Positions 58,346 through 64,000 of a stretch of DNA of 64,000 nt are shown in pieces; the first letter of the stretch is position 1, and each line of letters starts with the position of its first letter. Below the pieces are notes generated by a model. It did not search any database. It was not told the origin of the DNA and saw nothing but the letters and a program-made list of their open reading frames with translations. The DNA is from Cenarchaeum sp. (GTDB lineage: Archaea > Thermoproteota > Nitrososphaeria > Nitrososphaerales > Nitrosopumilaceae). The stretch lies in the NCBI GenBank assembly GCA_963693095.2, contig OY843768.1, forward strand, positions 736,001 through 800,000. The letters run 5' to 3'. The position numbers were made by a program, and so were the translations under genes.

Positions 58346-58482
58346 GGCGCGGGGTGGAGGGGTGGCTTTTGTTAAGTTTTGCCCATGCCCACGCCTGTGC
58401 TCCGGTGAGCTCAACTATCGCTATTGTCGCATGAAATTTAATAGACAAGGGGGTTTATGGCACGAAGGCACGAGACCCATGC

Positions 58483-59580
58483 ATGAGGGCGCCCATCATG
58501 GCACTTGCCGCAGCGGCCATCCTGGCTCCCATGGCAGCCGGCGACGCCGAGGCCATCCTGTGGGATCTCCTCATCGACGCCAACGTCACAGCAGACGTGT
58601 CATACGGCAGCAGCATGACGGTGGCAGGGGCCGTGACCAACCATGCCGGCTGGCCGGTTCCGGATGCGGCCGTGACTCTCAGGGCCGGCCCGCACACGGC
58701 CATGGCAACGACGGGCGCCGACGGGACGTTTGAGACCACAGTGGACAGGACCGACATGATACCCGGCCTGCACGTGGCGCAGATGCGCGCTAGCACAAGT
58801 GACGGGCTGCTTGGCATGGCGAGCATACAGGTCTCCGTCGCCGGCGATGTCAGCCCGTCAGCACACACTGCGCGCCTTTTGTCAGAGGGGCATGCGATGC
58901 GCTACCTTGCCGCAGACGCGTCTGACTTTGAGGATGATCCAATTGGCGCAAAGCTGTACGAGCACTATCAGGCGCTGCAGCGAAGGCTGTTAACCGAGCG
59001 CGCAGTAGAGGAGATGGAGCAGGAGCGCAGGGAGGAGCTTGCGCTCATGCAGGCAACGGCTGACACACAGCGCATGAAGATGCTCGAGCGCGAGACCCAT
59101 GGTGATGGCACGTATGAGGGACGCGTGCGCGACGTGTTTGTGGACGGCCTTGACAGGTCTGTCCGCCCCACAATCGTCGCGCAGCTAGACTATACGCTCG
59201 AGGCGTACAGGGCAGGCAAGGAGGCCATGCGAACCGTGCTGGATCGTGGAGGAAGCATGGCCGAGGCGCTAGCGGCGCGCAATGCGGCTGCGGCAATACC
59301 GCGACATGTCATGGAGAGCCTCTCACCGGAAGTTGGGTTTGACATTGACGACTATCCGTGGGCCGCAGCACACATGACAAACTCCACGGCCGGCCCTGTC
59401 GAGGCAGTGCCAGTGGAGGAGACGCCAGAGGCAGAGTCACGCAACGCCACGGGTGCGCCGACAGGAACGGCCGCGCAGGGCGTCGAGGTCGGGCCGGGCG
59501 TCACGACTGTGTACATGAGCGTCAACGGCGAGCTTGTCAGGCACATCTTTAACGGCACTCACTGGACCGCAGCAGAGTAG
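58483..59580 (+). CDS. Secreted protein with an N-terminal Ig/carboxypeptidase-regulatory-like domain and a helical region
   Basis: Signal peptide; 'G.VTN..G.PVPDA.VTL....TTGADGTF' motif. Confidence 0.75.
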   Translation: MRAPIMALAAAAILAPMAAGDAEAILWDLLIDANVTADVSYGSSMTVAGAVTNHAGWPVPDAAVTLRAGPHTAMATTGADGTFETTVDRTDMIPGLHVAQMRASTSDGLLGMASIQVSVAGDVSPSAHTARLLSEGHAMRYLAADASDFEDDPIGAKLYEHYQALQRRLLTERAVEEMEQERREELALMQATADTQRMKMLERETHGDGTYEGRVRDVFVDGLDRSVRPTIVAQLDYTLEAYRAGKEAMRTVLDRGGSMAEALAARNAAAAIPRHVMESLSPEVGFDIDDYPWAAAHMTNSTAGPVEAVPVEETPEAESRNATGAPTGTAAQGVEVGPGVTTVYMSVNGELVRHIFNGTHWTAAE

Positions 59581-59631
59581 GCGCAGGCAGCCCCAAAATC
59601 GTTATATGCCAACGTGCGGCGTGATGCGACC

Positions 59632-60681
59632 ATGCGCCTAGTGCGCTATGCGCTCACGCGGGCGCTTGCCATGGTTGGTGTCCTTGTCGTGACGCTGTTC
59701 ATCACCGTCGCCCTCGTCGGCTCGGGCATGGACGGCATACTCGAGCGCTCCGTCGCGTTTCACGTCCGCTCCGAGATTGCGACCAATCCTGCCCTCGCAG
59801 GCTCGTTTGCCGATGCTGCCGCACTCGAGGAGCACATCGCCGCACGCATAGAGGAGCGCACGCGCGAGATCGGCCTGGACAGGCCATGGTGGGCGCCGGA
59901 TCGCATAGCAACGTCCATGTGGCGCATACTCGTGCTCGACTTTGGCCGTGCGACCTTTTTGACCTCGGACACCGGATCCACGGCAGTGGCGGACATACTC
60001 GGCGAGCGCCTCCCAAAGACCATCCTCCTGTTCACTAGCGCAACGGCAGTCATATCGATGATCGGCGTGGTTCACGGGGCCATGGCGAGCAGCCGAGCGC
60101 GATCGGTTGCCGACCGCCTCACGTCGGCGTTTGCCGTGATAAGCTCGAGCTTTCCGGTCTGGTGGGTTGGCCTCCTCATGATATTTACGTTCTCGTTTGC
60201 GTGGCAGGTGTTTCCCTCGCGCGCAACGCCAGACGTGCCGCCTGGCGATCCCGCATACATCGCATCGCTCCTCTACCACATGGCCCTTCCCCTAGCGACG
60301 ATCGTCCTGGTCGGATTTGGCGCATGGTCATACCTTGTGCGAAACTTTATGGTTGGCATACTGCAAGAGGATCACATTGCGGCAAGGCGCGCCATTGGCG
60401 TGCGCGAGAGGAAGATAGTGTACTCGCACGCGCTGCGCAACGCCGCGCCGCCGATCCTCACAGTCATGGCACTAAGCCTGTCAGGCTCGCTCGGCGGCGC
60501 AATAATAACAGAGGCAGTCTTTGACTGGCCTGGCATGGGCCGGCTCTACTTTGAGGCCGTCATGGTGATGGACCTGCCAGTCATAATAGGCTCGACGTAC
60601 GTTCTCACGGCGTTCTTTCTTGTGAGCGTGCTTGTCGCAGACCTGCTCTACATGCGCCTCGACCCGAGGACTGCGCGATGA
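59632..60681 (+). CDS. dppB: Peptide/nickel ABC transporter permease (DppB/OppB-like)
   Basis: Motifs GLDRPWW, LDFG, ERLPKTILL, the EAA loop (EDHIAARRAIGV...HALRNA) and ITEAVFDWPGMG. Confidence 0.88.
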   Translation: MRLVRYALTRALAMVGVLVVTLFITVALVGSGMDGILERSVAFHVRSEIATNPALAGSFADAAALEEHIAARIEERTREIGLDRPWWAPDRIATSMWRILVLDFGRATFLTSDTGSTAVADILGERLPKTILLFTSATAVISMIGVVHGAMASSRARSVADRLTSAFAVISSSFPVWWVGLLMIFTFSFAWQVFPSRATPDVPPGDPAYIASLLYHMALPLATIVLVGFGAWSYLVRNFMVGILQEDHIAARRAIGVRERKIVYSHALRNAAPPILTVMALSLSGSLGGAIITEAVFDWPGMGRLYFEAVMVMDLPVIIGSTYVLTAFFLVSVLVADLLYMRLDPRTAR

Positions 60682-62006
60682 GCGCGGGGCGCATCTCGAT
60701 TCGCGAGGAGATACTGCACAGCCGCATGGGAGTCGCCGGAATCACAATACTTGCCGCGCTCCTTGTGCTGTCTGCTGCCACCGTGGCCTCTGGACTGGGA
60801 GATGCGATCCGCGAGTGGAACGATCCGGCCGCATGGCTCACGCTCCCAAAATCGGCAATGCCGGCATGGGCAAACGTGGGGCCTGACAGGCTAGCCGAGC
60901 ACACAGTGGTAGATGGCAGTGCGGCGCGCGGCGGGCATTCGCACGCGACGGCGATCCACGACTTTGGGCTCAGTGCCGGCGGGCTGCCGTCTGATGTAAT
61001 GTTCGAGTATGCGGCACGCTACTCGGGCTCGCCGCTCCTTGAGCTGCGCGTGCTGCGGCCTGACGGGGCAGAGCTCGGCATTGCTGCCGTCGCGCTCCCG
61101 CGCTCTGATGGCGACTCGGTGCGCCACGGGCGCGTATTCTCGACAGACGCCTCGGTTCGCAGGATGGTCGCCATGCAGGCCGACGGTGCCGGTGCCGAGG
61201 AGGCCATGTTTGGGGGCTCGGACGGACGGGCACTGGCCGGAGCTTATGCCGTGGCCGCCACGATATACGGGACAGGTGGCGCCCCGGAGATCGTCTCCTC
61301 GCGGCTAGTCATCAGCGGTGGCGCATATGGCCCGATGGGAACCGACGAGATGCGCCGTGACCTCGCCGTTGGCCTCGCCTGGGGCGCCCCGCTTGCGCTC
61401 TTTGTGGGCGTGAGCGTCGCTGTCGCCTCGGTCATGATCGGCCTCGCATACGGCATGTATGCCGGATACAGGGGCGGCAGGGCCGATGAGACGATGATGA
61501 GGGCAAATGACGTCGTCTATGCGCTCCCCGCACTGCCATTCCTCGTCATACTCGCCGTCACGCTGAGCAACAGCATATTTGTCATGGTCGCATTTCTCGT
61601 CATGTTTGGCTGGGTTGCAGTCGCAAAGGTGTCGCGAAGCATGGCCCTGCAGGCAAGGGCGCGCGGGTACGTCGAGGCTGCCAGGATAATGGGCCAGCGC
61701 GACTCGAGGACGATACTGCGCCATGTCATGCCGCAGCTCCTGCCATACGCGCTGGCAAGCATCGCGATATCGGTTCCGGCGGCGATAACAACGGAGGCCG
61801 GACTCAGCTTTTTGGGCCTGGGGGATCCCGAGTATCCCACGTGGGGCCAGATGCTGCGCGATGCGAGCCTTCACGGGGCGGCAGCACGCGGCCTCTGGTG
61901 GTGGGTCGTGCCGCCGGGACTCATGATTGCGCTGACTGGCCTGGCGTTTGTGTTCATTGGCGGGTCGCTTGATGCGGCGATAAACCCAAGGCTGCGCCGA
62001 CGCTAG
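60678..62006 (+). CDS. dppC: Peptide/nickel ABC transporter permease (DppC/OppC-like)
   Basis: Motifs MGTDEMRRDL, YVEAARIMG...ILRHVMP, EAGLSFLGLG..PTWGQML and WWWVVPPG; ATGA overlap with dppB. Confidence 0.88.
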   Translation: MSAGRISIREEILHSRMGVAGITILAALLVLSAATVASGLGDAIREWNDPAAWLTLPKSAMPAWANVGPDRLAEHTVVDGSAARGGHSHATAIHDFGLSAGGLPSDVMFEYAARYSGSPLLELRVLRPDGAELGIAAVALPRSDGDSVRHGRVFSTDASVRRMVAMQADGAGAEEAMFGGSDGRALAGAYAVAATIYGTGGAPEIVSSRLVISGGAYGPMGTDEMRRDLAVGLAWGAPLALFVGVSVAVASVMIGLAYGMYAGYRGGRADETMMRANDVVYALPALPFLVILAVTLSNSIFVMVAFLVMFGWVAVAKVSRSMALQARARGYVEAARIMGQRDSRTILRHVMPQLLPYALASIAISVPAAITTEAGLSFLGLGDPEYPTWGQMLRDASLHGAAARGLWWWVVPPGLMIALTGLAFVFIGGSLDAAINPRLRRR

Positions 62007-62347
62007 GATCGCTCAAAGGCGCGTATGGCCTCTAGCGTCACGCCGCCAAGCTTTACCGTGTATGCGGCCGCAAGGTTGTTGCCGTTCCTCTCCTCGGCAT
62101 TGGCCTCGAGCTCCTCGGCAAAGGACGTCTTGTCGCGCCCGCGCGAGAATTCGCCGCCGGCCTCCTTTATGCAGAGTGGAAACTTTTTGAGCGCGACATT
62201 TTGCTCGAGGAGGTGCGCGATAAACCCCTTGTACGCCGCAATGTCATACCACTCGCGCGAGCGCTCGCCGCAAAAGGCGATCCACGTGTCTATCGTGTTC
62301 TGGTATATCGCCCTGTCCCGCAACGCCTCTAGCATCATCTGCGCCAC
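62003..62347 (-). CDS. Hypothetical protein (114 aa)
   Basis: Compact ORF co-oriented with its neighbours; no family recognised. Confidence 0.65.
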   Translation of the reverse strand: MAQMMLEALRDRAIYQNTIDTWIAFCGERSREWYDIAAYKGFIAHLLEQNVALKKFPLCIKEAGGEFSRGRDKTSFAEELEANAEERNGNNLAAAYTVKLGGVTLEAIRAFERS

Positions 62348-62351
62348 AACC

Positions 62352-62675
62352 TCAAAAGTGCGCGCTAGTCGCCCGTGATCCGCAGACGGGGCACTCGCGC
62401 CCCTTGTAGACCTTGCCGCACCTCATGCACGAGAACTGCGCAGACTCTGTCTCGCGGTTCATCCCAAAGAGGCCGCCGCCGAGGCCGGAGCGCTGCGAGC
62501 CAAGCCCCCCGCGAAGCTGGCCCATGTAGCGCCGGCGCAAAAAGAGCGGGAACGCGATGAATATGGCAAGGGCGATGCCAAGGCCGTACGGGAACGGCAG
62601 AACCATCTGCAGGCCTATCGATATTCCAAGCGACACAAAGAGGAACAGGAGGTAGTGCCTGTATGTGAATGCCAT
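62352..62675 (-). CDS. 2-TM protein with C-terminal zinc ribbon
   Basis: Two TM helices, a Gly-rich linker and CMRCG...CPVCGS; TTATAT box about 27 nt upstream. Confidence 0.75.
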   Translation of the reverse strand: MAFTYRHYLLFLFVSLGISIGLQMVLPFPYGLGIALAIFIAFPLFLRRRYMGQLRGGLGSQRSGLGGGLFGMNRETESAQFSCMRCGKVYKGRECPVCGSRATSAHF

Positions 62676-62773
62676 GCCCCACGCACGAAGGGGTTTTACA
62701 TATAACACTTTGCCCTGCGGGCAGCATCAGGGACGAGGCCTCCACCACAGGCCCGATTGGGCACTGGATTCGC

Positions 62774-62956
62774 CTACCTGCGCCTGCGCCGCTGGCCGGG
62801 CTTGTTTTGGCCCGGAACCCTGCTTAGCGCAAAGCGCTTCTTAAAGTTGGACTTGTTTCTCACGCTGGCGTTGGTTCCGACTCGCTTTCGACCCTCAACC
62901 TTGGGGGTCTGACCGCGAACCTTGCCGGCCTTTGTGAGTGATCCGTGAGTCGCCAT
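62774..62956 (-). CDS. rps30e: 30S ribosomal protein eS30
   Basis: MATHGSLTKAGKVRGQTPKV signature. Confidence 0.96.
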   Translation of the reverse strand: MATHGSLTKAGKVRGQTPKVEGRKRVGTNASVRNKSNFKKRFALSRVPGQNKPGQRRRRR

Positions 62957-63021
62957 TCTGCAGCAACGCCAAATGGCGACAATTTAAGGATTTATGGCCA
63001 TGCCCACGCCTGCGACCCGCC

Positions 63022-64000
63022 CTAGGTCGTCGGCATGTATGTGACTGTCGGGGTCAAGTCGGTGCCGCCGAGGCTGACGTGCCAGAGCACAAATGTCAGC
63101 GTGTCGTCAAGCTCAATCAGGGGATCGGCCTCGCCGGCTCCGCTGGAGGCGACGCCAGTGGCCACCGCACTGCCCACCATCCACTCTGACGCCCTAATCG
63201 TTCCGCTGACGGGCTCGTCGAACGTCACGGCGGTCTGGCCCATCTCGCCGGTCATGGCGCTAAATGTCGGCGTGATGCCGTCACTGGCGAGATCTGAGTT
63301 CGTGGGGACGGGACTCCCGGCGACACTGAGGGATCCAGGCACGGGCATGATTATGCCTTGCCCGCGCAACACTGGTTGCGTGTACGACACTGACGGCATC
63401 GAGTCCGGAGATGCGAGTGGCGCATGTGAGATGACGAGTGTCTTTTCGCTCGAAGAGTCCGATATCATGTGTGTTGACTTTGCGATCTCCTGTGTTGCAG
63501 GAGTGGCCGCAGGGGCATTTGCGGCATTTCCTAGCGCAATGCGCGTTATCGGGAAATCGGTCTCTCCAACATCGACCTTCCAGTTATCGGTGTCAATTAG
63601 GCCCCCCATAGAACCATCAAATGTCACGGCGGTCGTCTCTAGTCCTGTCGCCTTGGCCACAAAGTTGCCCGGCGTGTATATCGCGATCCGGGACTGGGTT
63701 GGGAGCGTGTTTTGTGCCGTAGACGTGTCTGTTATTGCAGACGAGACGAGTACTATGTAGGATATGGCCGCAGTTGCTTCATCGACAGACAGGCGAGCTG
63801 TAGACAAGTCATAATCGACACGTTCCACATCCAGTCCAGTCTCTCCAGATAATTGTGTGATTACCCTCCAGCCTGAGTTGGGACCTCGCACCGGCTCGCT
63901 GAACGTTGCGACAATGTGCTCAGAGTCCACAAATTCCACACGGGTTAAGACTGGACGCATCATGTCTGTGAGCTGGACTGTGGTTTGGCTGATCGCGTTG
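63022..64000 (-). CDS. 3' end of another Ig-like/SwmB-like repeat surface protein (extends past window end)
   Basis: Same repeat motifs as the giant proteins (ATFSEPV, TAVTFDGS.GG..DT.NW.V, HAPL.S....PSVSY, VSGTIRASEW); the frame stays open to the window edge. Confidence 0.75.
   Translation of the reverse strand, partial: NAISQTTVQLTDMMRPVLTRVEFVDSEHIVATFSEPVRGPNSGWRVITQLSGETGLDVERVDYDLSTARLSVDEATAAISYIVLVSSAITDTSTAQNTLPTQSRIAIYTPGNFVAKATGLETTAVTFDGSMGGLIDTDNWKVDVGETDFPITRIALGNAANAPAATPATQEIAKSTHMISDSSSEKTLVISHAPLASPDSMPSVSYTQPVLRGQGIIMPVPGSLSVAGSPVPTNSDLASDGITPTFSAMTGEMGQTAVTFDEPVSGTIRASEWMVGSAVATGVASSGAGEADPLIELDDTLTFVLWHVSLGGTDLTPTVTYMPTT

Overview
High-GC archaeal DNA that looks like Nitrosopumilaceae (Thaumarchaeota), probably a Cenarchaeum-like symbiont lineage. 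This is inferred from eS30, archaeal EF-2 with the diphthamide His, PurP, futalosine-pathway genes, leaderless TATA promoters and the C-terminal domain of the giant surface proteins. Housekeeping genes (ubiX, purP, CBS-TrkH, mqnD, fusA, Rad3/DinG-like helicase, pgk, mqnE, SNF2 helicase, dppB/C-like permeases, rps30e) alternate with accessory blocks. (i) An IS481-remnant-bounded islet at about 5.1-9.3 kb encodes a candidate R-S-E ADP-ribosyltransferase and a HEPN-like protein. (ii) A diverged tandem gene pair lies at 10.4-11.8 kb. (iii) A PD-(D/E)XK nuclease has a duplicated partner gene, with an intact IS630 between the two copies. (iv) Two tandem ~3060-aa secreted Ig-like repeat proteins show patchy hypervariable segments and upstream C16/C18 tracts. 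(v) The most striking block is a ~7.6-kb tandem array (43.0-50.65 kb) of six intact, equal-length, mosaic YwgA/Panacea(DUF4065)-like genes. These are interleaved with two full and four truncated copies of a convergent 2-TM gene and with IS66 remnants. No rRNA, tRNA or CRISPR array was recognised. All family assignments are by motif recognition only; no searches were run.
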